A stretch of DNA of 64,000 bases from sequence record MG752970.1; one strand, written 5' to 3'. A program made the translations under genes and the position numbers. The notes below the pieces were generated by a model that worked only from the letters and a program-made list of their open reading frames with translations, did no database searches and had not been told where the DNA came from. This document shows positions 18,452 to 28,478 of the stretch, one piece after another (the stretch's first letter is position 1; the number at the start of each line of letters is the position of its first letter).

Positions 18452-19123
18452 TTATGCTTCAGTTTGCTCGGTGCTTTCAGCTGCCGGGGCTTCTACAGCA
18501 TCTGCCTTGGGTGCGAGCTTGTAGGTCTTCGACTTCTTGTCGATGACGATGGGCATTGCATGCGCGCCGTTCTTGCTCTTGAGAGTAGAGACGAACACGC
18601 CCGCGGTGGATTCCTTGATTTCGAATTGTTCAGCGAGAGACTTCAGCGTGAACTCTGCACCGGTCTCGATGAATGCTTTGATTTTGTCCAGAGTGGATTC
18701 GGTTTGCTTGACAACACGCTTGCGAGTGGTCTTGGTCTTCGACTTGATGCCTGCGATGTCTGCTGCCTTTGCGGCGATGTCTGCTTCTTGTGCCATCCAC
18801 GAGAAAGCAGAAGGTTGAATTTTTGCTGCTTCTTGTTCGAGAGTGTCGCCGTCATTCAGTTCTGCGCCACTGTGAAGATTTGCATCTGCAGACGTTTGGG
18901 TATGTTCGACGTTCGTATTCATTTGGATCACCTTGAAAACTCGGTTCATCGCAGTTTCACGATCACTGAATTTTTTGACCGGTGCATCTGCGAACTTGTT
19001 GTAAAGAGCCACCAAATCATTGGTGGAGATGGGTTGAAGATCGATCGCCTCGTTGACGGCGAGGACGTTTTCGGCTGCTTCCGAGACGATGGTCAGGTCG
19101 TTGGTGTTGATAAAAGCGGTCAT
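18452..19123 (-). CDS. Hypothetical protein with probable C-terminal winged-helix DNA-binding domain
   Basis: AAGGAG SD; FTLKSLAEQFEIKESTAGVFVSTLK helix-turn-helix pattern; Ala/Lys-rich linker; C-ending codon bias. Confidence 0.6.
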   Translation of the reverse strand: MTAFINTNDLTIVSEAAENVLAVNEAIDLQPISTNDLVALYNKFADAPVKKFSDRETAMNRVFKVIQMNTNVEHTQTSADANLHSGAELNDGDTLEQEAAKIQPSAFSWMAQEADIAAKAADIAGIKSKTKTTRKRVVKQTESTLDKIKAFIETGAEFTLKSLAEQFEIKESTAGVFVSTLKSKNGAHAMPIVIDKKSKTYKLAPKADAVEAPAAESTEQTEA

Positions 19124-19168
19124 TTCAAAACTCCTTCAATGTGAGAAGACTACACAAAACCTAAACAC

Positions 19169-19284
19169 TGTCCAATTCCGGACAACAACCAGCTACTTAG
19201 AAGGACTTCATATTGCCCGAATCCGGACAACAGCTAACCCTCTACATTCACTATCAAATTTGTAACAATGTCCGAATCCGGACA
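19169..19284. repeat. Three imperfect 16-bp dyad repeats TGTCCGAATCCGGACA
   Basis: Copies at 19169-19184, 19214-19229 and 19269-19284. Confidence 0.8.
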
Positions 19285-19823
19285 GAATTACGGCATCCCG
19301 TTACATGTAACGGCGCAAACATCAGATACCGGGGATATACTACTGAAAGCCTCCACCACCTACTAACTGACAAACTGTGTCACAGAGTGTAACAACCAGG
19401 AATTCGTCAGTCATTAGATTCCAATACTTTTGTTATGCTGCATGATAGGTAAATTATACCTAAAGTGATTCGTAAAAGATACAGGCCTTAGGCAAAAATT
19501 GTCCGAATCAGTGAGTTAAACAAAAGTTATATCACTAAAACCAACCGTACTTCTAAGCCAGTCTTAGGTTTGGAGCATATCTAGTCTGTATAAGTATAGT
19601 AACTCAACGAATTTCCTAAGAACATAGGTCGATTGTAAGAACGAAAAGATACAGTGAAAAAACTACCTATACGAAATGTGTACTTTTGACGGGCGTCATG
19701 TTATATGACAGTTCGGTAACGATCATGTTACAAATTTGTATACGAATGTATCATCAAAAAGACATCGTTCATGTACTCTAGATATCTAATCGTGCGCGTG
19801 TACGCGTATACATTGTTACAAAT
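19258..19823. repeat. Inverted repeats and palindromes built on TGTAAC/GTTACA
   Basis: 14-bp IR ATTTGTAACAATGT 19258-19271 / 19810-19823; perfect 16-bp palindrome CCGTTACATGTAACGG 19298-19313. Confidence 0.7.
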
Positions 19824-19901
19824 CAAAAGTACAATTTCGTTACACTTTTGTGTCCACTCGTTACAATTCCCGCCCAGTCTTCAAGATGAGCGAGACCGAA
19901 A

Positions 19902-21473
19902 TTATTTTGAGGATTCTAGAACACCGTATCTAGACAGCACGGTTCGGGCCTGATCCATAGTGATGGGTTCTCCTACCAATCCAGAAGAAACCGAAACCAA
20001 CTCCTGAGGTTCCATTGGTTGGATAATTCCTTGCTTTACCCATGAATCTACGATTTTCTTGGTATCACTAAAAGTCTTAAACGACTTCATAGGATTTTTA
20101 GCCATCTTGACCAGGAAAATCTTAGCCGAGGCGGCAGCCCATTCTGGAGCCACGGTCTTGGTGTTGTCTACTTGATCGATAATTCCTGTTGCATGGATTG
20201 ACTTAAGAGCGGTATCTGTTTCGTTTGGAAGTTTCTTGTCAACTATTCTACTAAAAAATTTCATCAATTTTTTCAGGTATTCATTTCGAAATGCATCTGG
20301 GTCGGCTGCTATTTTTAGGCAGGTTGCAAACCTCATGCTTCCTTCATAAATTTGATCTAATTTTGGAATGTAGTCGCCACCCATCATGCGAAATTCTATG
20401 TATCCAAACTTTTCGTATTTGCTGACATTGATTCCCATGTACTTGCCCGAACTTAGAATTATTTCATTTCCAAGTTCTATTAGTTCTTGTATTTCACCAA
20501 GCATGTCCCGAGTGGTGTTCATGTGAGTCAGTAAGTTTGCAACCTGCTGAAGTTGAGGCTTTGCCATGGTACTACTAAGTCTGTCGAATAATCCCAGAAC
20601 GTGCTGCTCATCAACGAATAAGGCTAGCTTTAGATAATCTATCTTAGGCTTACCAGATAGTGAAACACTTACGTGAAGCCCAGTGGTGTCATCTGTATTG
20701 CAATCATGCTCTTTAAACATCTTCCAAACTTGATCCAGAGCCTCTTTAAACCCCTCTGGTGTCAAAGGAGGACTAACGATTTCTACACCAAATTGATCAT
20801 TTTCATTAGACAATGATGAATCTGGCTCCACATACCAATCATCGTTATTTTTGAAAACCGTTTTGTCTGTGTCGTGCCTAACCTTTCCATTCACATATCT
20901 GGTTAGAATATTCGCCACATCCTCATATCTATTAGATTCGTGCTCCAAATATTTGACTATGAGCTTACCTTCATCTTCCCAGCTATAACCTTCGTTGAAG
21001 TTGGCGTTATAGTCTGTAATACTGATAACCTCTTCCAAATTATCCTTAATGAAGTCATCTTCAGAAACGTTGAGATTGTCAGGAGCATCATCTTCTGCCA
21101 TTTTTCTAGCTTCTCTTTCGATCCATGCAGAATTTTCATCGTCACCGTGCTCATCTCTAGCTTTGCCGATGTATTCATCCAGGTTATCCTCAACCCAATC
21201 CATGATCTTTTCATGTCTCCATGAAGTATACGCATTGTTGAATTTTCTGGAAAACGTAAAATTCATTCCTCCTATTTTCCATATTTTCTCAATGTCGTAT
21301 AGATCACGTATCTCTTTCTTCAGATCGATATACGTCACATCCTGTCTGGTTTCGTACTCACCTGGGAAGTAGACTTCTGCCTCAAATCCCATTCTAATAG
21401 AATTGTCTGTCAGAACCTTAGAGAAGGTAGACATGTCCATTTTTAATTCGGAAAGTTTCTGGATTAGCTTCAT
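19902..21473 (-). CDS. Putative amidoligase (COOH-NH2 ligase type 2) domain protein
   Basis: MGFEAE, WYVEPDSSL, GVEIVSPPL, TGLHVSVS, KYMGIN, YIEFRMMGG motifs. Confidence 0.7.
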   Translation of the reverse strand: MKLIQKLSELKMDMSTFSKVLTDNSIRMGFEAEVYFPGEYETRQDVTYIDLKKEIRDLYDIEKIWKIGGMNFTFSRKFNNAYTSWRHEKIMDWVEDNLDEYIGKARDEHGDDENSAWIEREARKMAEDDAPDNLNVSEDDFIKDNLEEVISITDYNANFNEGYSWEDEGKLIVKYLEHESNRYEDVANILTRYVNGKVRHDTDKTVFKNNDDWYVEPDSSLSNENDQFGVEIVSPPLTPEGFKEALDQVWKMFKEHDCNTDDTTGLHVSVSLSGKPKIDYLKLALFVDEQHVLGLFDRLSSTMAKPQLQQVANLLTHMNTTRDMLGEIQELIELGNEIILSSGKYMGINVSKYEKFGYIEFRMMGGDYIPKLDQIYEGSMRFATCLKIAADPDAFRNEYLKKLMKFFSRIVDKKLPNETDTALKSIHATGIIDQVDNTKTVAPEWAAASAKIFLVKMAKNPMKSFKTFSDTKKIVDSWVKQGIIQPMEPQELVSVSSGLVGEPITMDQARTVLSRYGVLESSK

Positions 21474-21492
21474 GTTGATCTCACATTTTAGC

Positions 21493-21500
21493 TATTTATC
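21493..21500 (-). promoter_or_regulatory. Late-promoter-like GATAAATA
   Basis: 19 nt upstream of the amidoligase ATG. Confidence 0.5.
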
Positions 21501-21513
21501 CGGAGCAATAAAA

Positions 21514-21533
21514 ATGGGAGCCTAGGCTCCCAT
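21514..21533. terminator. Palindromic terminator
   Basis: ATGGGAGCCTAGGCTCCCAT with flanking A-run. Confidence 0.65.
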
Positions 21534-21557
21534 AAATCGGTCTCTTCTTAATTATTT

Positions 21558-21857
21558 TTATGTGAGACCGAGAACTCGCTTCTGCTCTGCGGACAGTGAA
21601 GCGAGTGTGTCTTTCTTTAGCTGCTCATCTGCTAAAGTTTTCTTTCTATCTAAATCAATTGGACTTGAATCTGCGAGTTCATACCAATGATACCCAATTT
21701 GGATAGCCCATCCTTTTGATACTCTACCTTTTCCACCGTACCATCCTTTTCCAAATGCAAATTTATCTGCATCGGTTTCTTTGGTGAAATATCCGATGAC
21801 TGGACCATCACTAAATTCCCCGCCATCACCATGCACTCGCCAAATTTCCGTTATCAT
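21558..21857 (-). CDS. Hypothetical protein
   Basis: ORF coupled to the spoVR stop (ATGA overlap). Confidence 0.7.
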   Translation of the reverse strand: MITEIWRVHGDGGEFSDGPVIGYFTKETDADKFAFGKGWYGGKGRVSKGWAIQIGYHWYELADSSPIDLDRKKTLADEQLKKDTLASLSAEQKRVLGLT

Positions 21858-23371
21858 TGCTCAAATTTTCCCTTGAAGTGGATTTTGAAGTCGTGCTCTC
21901 CTTCAGAATCTACCGACTCAAGAATCACTGGTTGTTCCCAAAGATTAACGACATGCAATCCTGTACGTTCAGCTTGGTCGCTCTTCAGTGGCATCTGGGT
22001 CAGATTGTGTCGAAGTGTTAGAGCTCGCGTATTGTAGATATCTACGTCTACGACTTGAATATCTGGAACATACACAGACCGCATGTAATTATCCGACAGA
22101 ATCTTACGTACTCGATAGTAACCATCATCGTTGTGAATGGCTGAAATCGAGTAGAAATCATCTTCCTCTTGATCACTAAATGCAAACATCTTAAAGTGAC
22201 GCATGAGGTGCGGAGAGAGGAACTGAGCTACGAATGATGAGTCGTTATAGTTCATCATTGCATCTTGCACTGCATCTACCCAGTCCTTACCAATGAGGTC
22301 AGGGAACCACGTACGATCTTCTTCAGTGGGTTCTTCGCAGATTCGCTTAATGTCCTTGAACATAGCAAATCCCAAAGCATACGGATTAAAACCACTGAAA
22401 TAAGGACTGTCATAACCGGGTTGAGCCACAACCGCAGTATGACTGTGCAGGAATTCTTGGTATGCACCAGAATCCATGATGCCCTTTTCATACAGACGAG
22501 TCATGATGTAGTAATGAGTGAAGGTTGCAAAACCTTCATTCACCACCTTCGTCTGAGACTGAGGGAAGAAATACTGATTGATCTTCCGAACGATTCGGAT
22601 AATCTCTCGTTTCCAACCGGGCAATGTGGGAGCATTCTTCTCAATGAAGTACAAAATGTTGTCTTCAGGTTGAGTGATGTTGCTCTTCACTGCATCTGCT
22701 TTGGGTTTCTTTGGAACCGTCTTATCCCAAAGTTCATTGTAGTTTCGAATCTTTTCATCGAATGCTTCATACGCCCGCTTTTCTTCATCTTCAGCTCGAA
22801 GAGTTGGCGTATGAGCCCGCTTGACCTTATCCACTCCAAGATAGGCCAAGGCGTGGCAGCTATCAAGAACAGATTCCACTTCATCGAAGCCATAACGTTC
22901 TTCGCAGCTCTTGATGAACTTCTTAGCAAAGTTCATATAATCGATAATAGAGCTGGCATCCGTCCACTGCTTGAACAAATAATTGTTCTTGAACACCGCA
23001 TTGTGACCGTATCCTGCGTGTGCGATAACGAGTGCCTGCATCATCGCCGTGTTGCTGTCCATGCAGTAAGAAATGCATGGATTGGAATTGATCACAATTT
23101 CGTAAGCAAGACCCATATTACCGCTTTCATACCGGCGATGATTTGAAATGAAATCCTTACCGAACGACCAGTGGTTGTAATAGATCGGCATGCCCACAGA
23201 AGCGTAGGCATCCAACATGGCTTCTGCCGTAATGATCTCGATTTGGTTAGGATACACATTGAGTCGTAGTTCTTCCTTGGCGATCTTTGCGATCTCCTTC
23301 TCTACGATTTCCAGCATCTCAAAAGACCAATCTTGACCTGCAGTAATCAGCGGCTTTTTCTTCTTGCTCAT
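21854..23371 (-). CDS. ycgB: SpoVR/YcgB family protein
   Basis: YPNQIEII, GMPIYYNHWSFGK, GLAYEIVINSNPCI, TKVVNEGFATF. Confidence 0.93.
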   Translation of the reverse strand: MSKKKKPLITAGQDWSFEMLEIVEKEIAKIAKEELRLNVYPNQIEIITAEAMLDAYASVGMPIYYNHWSFGKDFISNHRRYESGNMGLAYEIVINSNPCISYCMDSNTAMMQALVIAHAGYGHNAVFKNNYLFKQWTDASSIIDYMNFAKKFIKSCEERYGFDEVESVLDSCHALAYLGVDKVKRAHTPTLRAEDEEKRAYEAFDEKIRNYNELWDKTVPKKPKADAVKSNITQPEDNILYFIEKNAPTLPGWKREIIRIVRKINQYFFPQSQTKVVNEGFATFTHYYIMTRLYEKGIMDSGAYQEFLHSHTAVVAQPGYDSPYFSGFNPYALGFAMFKDIKRICEEPTEEDRTWFPDLIGKDWVDAVQDAMMNYNDSSFVAQFLSPHLMRHFKMFAFSDQEEDDFYSISAIHNDDGYYRVRKILSDNYMRSVYVPDIQVVDVDIYNTRALTLRHNLTQMPLKSDQAERTGLHVVNLWEQPVILESVDSEGEHDFKIHFKGKFEQ

Positions 23372-24654
23372 TTCTTAACCTCAAACAGGTTGCGGAACAC
23401 GGAGTAAATCTCGGTCTCGTCCTTGATGTAGGCAACATTCAAACGTTTGTTTGTAGCTGCTAGACCTTCGTACTGAGCCATTAGTTCACTCTTGCCACCA
23501 CCTCTCCAACCGGAGCTGCTTGCGATTTCTACGTAAGCGTAATATTGCACCTTGGGAAGCAGAGTGTTATTCAGAAATTCACGGCAACGACTTGCATCAT
23601 CACCAAATGAATCACCATCCGAAGCCTGGCAGACATACACGTTGGTATCACTGAAACGCTTACGAATGATTTCATCTGCGAGTTCCAATGCAGGCAGAAC
23701 CAATGTACCGCCAGTCATACCTGAATCGAAGAACTCATCCTCATTCACTTCCTTAGCTGTCGTCGTGTGGTGAACAAAAGCTAAGTCAATATTATCATAG
23801 TCACGTACTAAGAACAAGTACAGCAACATGTAGAACTTACGAGCAATCAGCTTTTCAGTCTCACCCATGGAACCAGAATTGTCCATGATGCAAATCATTG
23901 CCGCATGCTTCGATTCGATCTCTTCAACGACGGTGGCTCTGTAGCGCAAATCAATTGGATCGATGAACGCCATGTTTTCCAACTTCGCCTTGAGCTTGTC
24001 GATTTGCTCAATGATTTCGTTGCGTCGATCTACTGATGCCTTAGTATTGATGAACACCAGTTGATCGTATTCCTTCTGAAGCTCTTTGATTTTCGCCTTG
24101 ATAGACGACTTAAAAGCAGCACGTCGAGAGAAACTTTGCTTAAGAGATTTCGTAACACTGAGCTTCGCTGGAGAACCAGTGTTCGTCCAACCTGCTGTGT
24201 GATATTTGGTCTCCTTGATTTTTGCGATGCTTTCTTTTACTAGATCCGGAAGCTCCAGACCTTCGAAGAAATATTGCAAGAATTCATCTCGAGACAGGCG
24301 AATGACAATGTCATCAACTTCATCATCACCTTCACCCGGCTCACCAGCTCCCCGACCACCTTGACCGCCGCCCTTTGGCTTTGGAAGAGAATCACCGGTG
24401 TTGAAATCCTTATTACCAGGACGAACGAACTCTTTGTTACCACGTTCGAAGTCATGCTGGAATGTTGGTTCATCGATGGTCTTTCGCTTGATGTAGACGT
24501 CTGCACCACTCGAGCCAACTTCTTTGATGCCCTTCCCTTTGATGATGTCTGGTAGAGCTTCCTTGATTGAGTTATTCACCCGACGCAGAAATTTCTTGCG
24601 ATTTTCGGATGACTTTCCTTTGCTTGCACCGCGGCGATCGATAAACGTGGTCAT
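23368..24654 (-). CDS. yeaH: YeaH/YhbH (DUF444) vWA-containing protein
   Basis: FIDRR...GKS..NR.KFL, FIDPIDLRY, CIMDNSGSMG, TGGT. Confidence 0.92.
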   Translation of the reverse strand: MTTFIDRRGASKGKSSENRKKFLRRVNNSIKEALPDIIKGKGIKEVGSSGADVYIKRKTIDEPTFQHDFERGNKEFVRPGNKDFNTGDSLPKPKGGGQGGRGAGEPGEGDDEVDDIVIRLSRDEFLQYFFEGLELPDLVKESIAKIKETKYHTAGWTNTGSPAKLSVTKSLKQSFSRRAAFKSSIKAKIKELQKEYDQLVFINTKASVDRRNEIIEQIDKLKAKLENMAFIDPIDLRYRATVVEEIESKHAAMICIMDNSGSMGETEKLIARKFYMLLYLFLVRDYDNIDLAFVHHTTTAKEVNEDEFFDSGMTGGTLVLPALELADEIIRKRFSDTNVYVCQASDGDSFGDDASRCREFLNNTLLPKVQYYAYVEIASSSGWRGGGKSELMAQYEGLAATNKRLNVAYIKDETEIYSVFRNLFEVKK

Positions 24655-24726
24655 CTGTGAAATCCTTATTGGAAGAGAGGACCATCCTCTCTTCCTATTT
24701 ACTACTCACTGAGGTACAAACTTTCC

Positions 24727-26670
24727 TCAATTAGACTTTCTGTACTGGAGCCACCATTGCACGAGCAGTTGAGTTTGCTTTTCAGTGTAACCCTTTTGCT
24801 TCATGCGAACCACGAATTCATCGTGCTTGCGTTGATCATCCTTGCTACCCTTCGTAGTGAAGGAGATAACCGGGATGAGTTCTTCGGTGCTTGCAAAGAT
24901 GCGCTTTTCAATCACATCGCGAATCTTCTGGAAGCTATCCCAACGAGGAGCTTCACCCTTGTTAGCAGCGCGGTGACGGAGAACATGATTGACGATCTCA
25001 CCTCGGAAATCCTTTGGATTCACGATACCCGCTGGCTTTTCGATCTTCTCAAGTTCAGCGTTCAGTTGACCGCGATCGTACAGTTGACCAGTGGCTTCAT
25101 CGCGAAGCTCGTCATCACGAATCCATGCATCGGCCAGCTGAACATAACGATCAAACATAGTCTGACCGTAGTCGCTGTACGATTCAAGGAATGCGATACG
25201 CAGTTCCTTCTCGATGAATTCGATGTATCGCTCAGCACCCTGGTTCACCAGATTCAGAAGCTCTTGCTCACGTTCTTGTGGGAACTGTTCCTTGATGATA
25301 GCGTTCTTCAACACTGCCATCAGATGAACCGGATTTGCACCAACTTCATCCTTGTCGTAGTTGAACGTGGATGCAAGTACCTTGTAAGCGAAACGCGTTG
25401 ACATACCGGTCATGCCTTCGGTCACACCTGCTGCATCCTTGTATTCATGTAGCGGTTTAGCACGAGGATCCGTATCCTTGATGTTTTCACCGTTGTATAC
25501 ACGCAGCTTCGAATATGCGCTCGAATTTTCAGGCTCCTTCAGACGGCTCATCACCGAGAACTCAGCCATCATTTCGAGAGTGCCTGGTGCGCATGGCGCA
25601 TCACGTAGCGTCGAATTTGCAAGCAGCTTCTTGTAAATCTGAACTTCTTCGTCCTTACGAAGCGTGTATGGAACTCGAATCAGCTTAATACGGTCGATGA
25701 ATGCTTCCACCTTCTTGTCGGCCTTGAATGCTTGCCATTCAGCTTCGTTCGAGTGGGCAATGATCACACCATCAAATGGCATCGAACCGATTGCTTCAGT
25801 GCCGTTAAACAGTTTTTCCTGTGTTGCAACGAGGAACGGGTTCAGCACCTTGATTGGCCACTTGAACATTTCAACGCCTTCGACCACGCCACGATTGCCG
25901 TAGCACAGACCACCAGAGTAGCTGTATGCGAATGGGTGATTTTGTGGGTAGTCTTCCAACTTACGAATATCCACCTTACCAACCATCGTCGAGACGTCTT
26001 GGTTGTTTTCGTCACCGGGTTCGATACGAGCAACTGCAATTTGTTGCAGCTTCGATGGGTAGCGCTTGACAACCTTGAAATTCGAAAGATCGCCACCGTG
26101 AACCTTGATCTTCTCAACCATCCATGGGGAAGGAATACCCTTCAGCGCCATTTCAGGAATATTGAATTCATCGCGGAGAACCTGCTTCATAGCTTCATCG
26201 GTGAAGATGTGAAGAGGATTGTCATTCACTGGGGAATATTCACCCGTAGTGATATCCTTCAGCGTGTAGAATGGCTCGACTTCAGCCAGCTCCTTCAGTT
26301 TTTCTGCAAGCGAGGATTTTGCCGAACCGACAGGACCCAGGAAGTACAGAATTTGACGTGCTTCTTCCAGGTTTTGAGCTGCGTGATGTAGGAAGTCTAC
26401 GATTTCCTGCACCACATCTTCCATGCCGTAGAAATCCTTGAAGGCAGGATAACGGCGAATCAGACGGTTGCCGAAGATGCGCGATAGACGAGCATCCTTG
26501 CCCGCATCAATGATCTCTGGATTGCCAATAGCAGTCAGAAGACGTTGAGCCGGTGATGCGTAGGCCTTTGGATCGGTCTTGCAGAGCTCCAGATAATCAT
26601 CAATGGAAATTTCGACTTCTTCGCGCGTTGCGAATTGGTCACCAAAAAGTTTTGCCAGCTTGCTAGACAT
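24727..26670 (-). CDS. yeaG: PrkA/YeaG AAA+ serine kinase/ATPase
   Basis: GPVGSAKSSL Walker A, EPGDENNQD, YSGGLC..NRG, AHSNEAEW, EAFIDR. Confidence 0.95.
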   Translation of the reverse strand: MSSKLAKLFGDQFATREEVEISIDDYLELCKTDPKAYASPAQRLLTAIGNPEIIDAGKDARLSRIFGNRLIRRYPAFKDFYGMEDVVQEIVDFLHHAAQNLEEARQILYFLGPVGSAKSSLAEKLKELAEVEPFYTLKDITTGEYSPVNDNPLHIFTDEAMKQVLRDEFNIPEMALKGIPSPWMVEKIKVHGGDLSNFKVVKRYPSKLQQIAVARIEPGDENNQDVSTMVGKVDIRKLEDYPQNHPFAYSYSGGLCYGNRGVVEGVEMFKWPIKVLNPFLVATQEKLFNGTEAIGSMPFDGVIIAHSNEAEWQAFKADKKVEAFIDRIKLIRVPYTLRKDEEVQIYKKLLANSTLRDAPCAPGTLEMMAEFSVMSRLKEPENSSAYSKLRVYNGENIKDTDPRAKPLHEYKDAAGVTEGMTGMSTRFAYKVLASTFNYDKDEVGANPVHLMAVLKNAIIKEQFPQEREQELLNLVNQGAERYIEFIEKELRIAFLESYSDYGQTMFDRYVQLADAWIRDDELRDEATGQLYDRGQLNAELEKIEKPAGIVNPKDFRGEIVNHVLRHRAANKGEAPRWDSFQKIRDVIEKRIFASTEELIPVISFTTKGSKDDQRKHDEFVVRMKQKGYTEKQTQLLVQWWLQYRKSN

Positions 26671-26683
26671 TAAGTCTTCTCCA

Positions 26684-27319
26684 TTAGTTTAAGGCAAGGT
26701 CAACAACTTCATCAACTGATGCGTGGTTGATGGTATTAATGTACTTCAATTCACCGCTATCGTACAACGCTGCAGCAATCTTAGAAGGTGCTTGGTCATC
26801 ACCATCAACAACATAGAACTTTAGACCATGCGTCCACAGCATCTTCAAGCAATCGCGATCCTTAACCTTAGCATCAGCTTCGTTTTGATTGCGACCCTTA
26901 GGGTTATACGGCTTAACCCGTTTGATGAAGACGTTTACATTATTATACGAGTTATACACTTCGGACACTAACTTAGGAAAATTAATGAAATAATCTCCCG
27001 GAGTATAGATGAGTCCTAAGTTCAATGGACAATCCGTAATAACGGCGTCAATGCTATGACCCGTTAAAATTCGGATGCGACGATGTTGTTCTGCAAAAAT
27101 GAAGTCTTGTTCGGACAGCATTCGCACACGCTGCTCCCACGTAAGCTCCTTAGCAAACTCAGGAGCTTCTTCGACATTCATTCCACGCAATTTTAGCAAA
27201 CCGAAAAGGAGAGCACGAGTGGTACTCTTACCAGAACCAGGACCGCCATACAAGTTGATGACGGTCTGGTTCTTATTTTCAGATACTGGTGGAAATGGTT
27301 TTAATACAAATTCTGTCAT
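26684..27319 (-). CDS. P-loop kinase/ATPase (AAA_28, NadR-kinase-like)
   Basis: INLYGGPGSGKST, EFAKELTWE, ITDCPL, RNQ motifs. Confidence 0.7.
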   Translation of the reverse strand: MTEFVLKPFPPVSENKNQTVINLYGGPGSGKSTTRALLFGLLKLRGMNVEEAPEFAKELTWEQRVRMLSEQDFIFAEQHRRIRILTGHSIDAVITDCPLNLGLIYTPGDYFINFPKLVSEVYNSYNNVNVFIKRVKPYNPKGRNQNEADAKVKDRDCLKMLWTHGLKFYVVDGDDQAPSKIAAALYDSGELKYINTINHASVDEVVDLALN

Positions 27320-27323
27320 CAAA

Positions 27324-27527
27324 TCAATCCTTTACTTGTACGCAGCGAGCAGAAGTACCACGGTACATATAAAAATCCGAATTTGCCGCGTGTGACGCAC
27401 CTGACGAATTGAGTTGTTTGGCAATCGCATTACATGTCTGAATGTTGTCATACAGACCTAATGTTGATTGGGTAATGCTAGTACCGCCGCCTGCAACAAT
27501 CGTACTGATGAGTAAAATAGTCCACAT
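27324..27527 (-). CDS. Small hypothetical protein with hydrophobic N-terminus
   Basis: Coupled ORF, 67 aa. Confidence 0.55.
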   Translation of the reverse strand: MWTILLISTIVAGGGTSITQSTLGLYDNIQTCNAIAKQLNSSGASHAANSDFYMYRGTSARCVQVKD

Positions 27528-28144
27528 TACTTATTTCCCTTCTTCAGGTGTGAGTATTCGTCGATGAATCCCAGCAGATACTCATGTTGGTCACTCAGAA
27601 TGTTTCCATTCTGCAGCACCAAAAATTCGGCTCTTGTTGGGCGATATGGAATATAAAGCAGATTCATTCCCATATCTTCATGTAGTCGATCACCCTTCTT
27701 GTTGTTGCACCACCAGCAAGACGTCACCACGTTTTCCCACACATCTGGACCACCCTTAGATGTAGGGTACACGTGATCTCTAGACAAATCTGAGAACTTA
27801 AACCATTCACCGCAGTACGCACAAATGTGCTGATCACGAATGAACAGATTTTGGTTAGTCAAATTTATATCACGTGACTTTCGCTTCTTCTCGTGATTAA
27901 CAGTATGACGATCAAACTTGATGGCGATGATGCTGTTAGTCTCAATGATGGTCTGCTGACCAGTCATTCGATTGATACCGCCATATATGCGCATAAACTC
28001 ATCACCATAACCCCATGCCACTTTGCCTCGAGCATGGTAATGAGCTGCCTTTAATGGGGTAATCCACTTATCTGGAATGCCATCACCATCCAGCTTCAGG
28101 ATATGAGGCATTTTCCGCTTAGCTAGTTGTTCGGTGATAGACAT
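27527..28144 (-). CDS. HNH endonuclease (McrA-like)
   Basis: RDQHICAYCG...RDHVYP..KGG..WENVVTSC..CNNKKG. Confidence 0.88.
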   Translation of the reverse strand: MSITEQLAKRKMPHILKLDGDGIPDKWITPLKAAHYHARGKVAWGYGDEFMRIYGGINRMTGQQTIIETNSIIAIKFDRHTVNHEKKRKSRDINLTNQNLFIRDQHICAYCGEWFKFSDLSRDHVYPTSKGGPDVWENVVTSCWWCNNKKGDRLHEDMGMNLLYIPYRPTRAEFLVLQNGNILSDQHEYLLGFIDEYSHLKKGNK

Positions 28145-28211
28145 AATTTTGTTTGAATTGTGATTCGTTAAGTAAGATAGTATCACCGCTTGGCACTAAG
28201 AAGAAGCTAGA

Positions 28212-28478
28212 TTAAGCTTCTAAAAATGTTTCCATTAGACCTTCAATCTCAACTTCTTCTAATCTATTAGTTTCGGCAAAATCCAGAATATCTTCTTCTG
28301 TCATCAAGAGAGACTCATGATCCCAACACTGCAAAACATCAAACACTTCTTCTAAAACAAGTCTTGCGTGCCACGCATTTACTTCCGTAGGACCAACGTG
28401 CAGCGGAAAATCCATGTGACTGTGGAGTTCTGCACTTTTATACATATTTGCTAATTCTTCAATAGCGGCATCAATCAT
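28212..28478 (-). CDS. Hypothetical protein
   Basis: Coupled ORF. Confidence 0.6.
   Translation of the reverse strand: MIDAAIEELANMYKSAELHSHMDFPLHVGPTEVNAWHARLVLEEVFDVLQCWDHESLLMTEEDILDFAETNRLEEVEIEGLMETFLEA

Noticed and set aside
19169-19284. CRISPR array
   Set aside because: Only three imperfect 16-bp units with unequal spacing, and no cas genes
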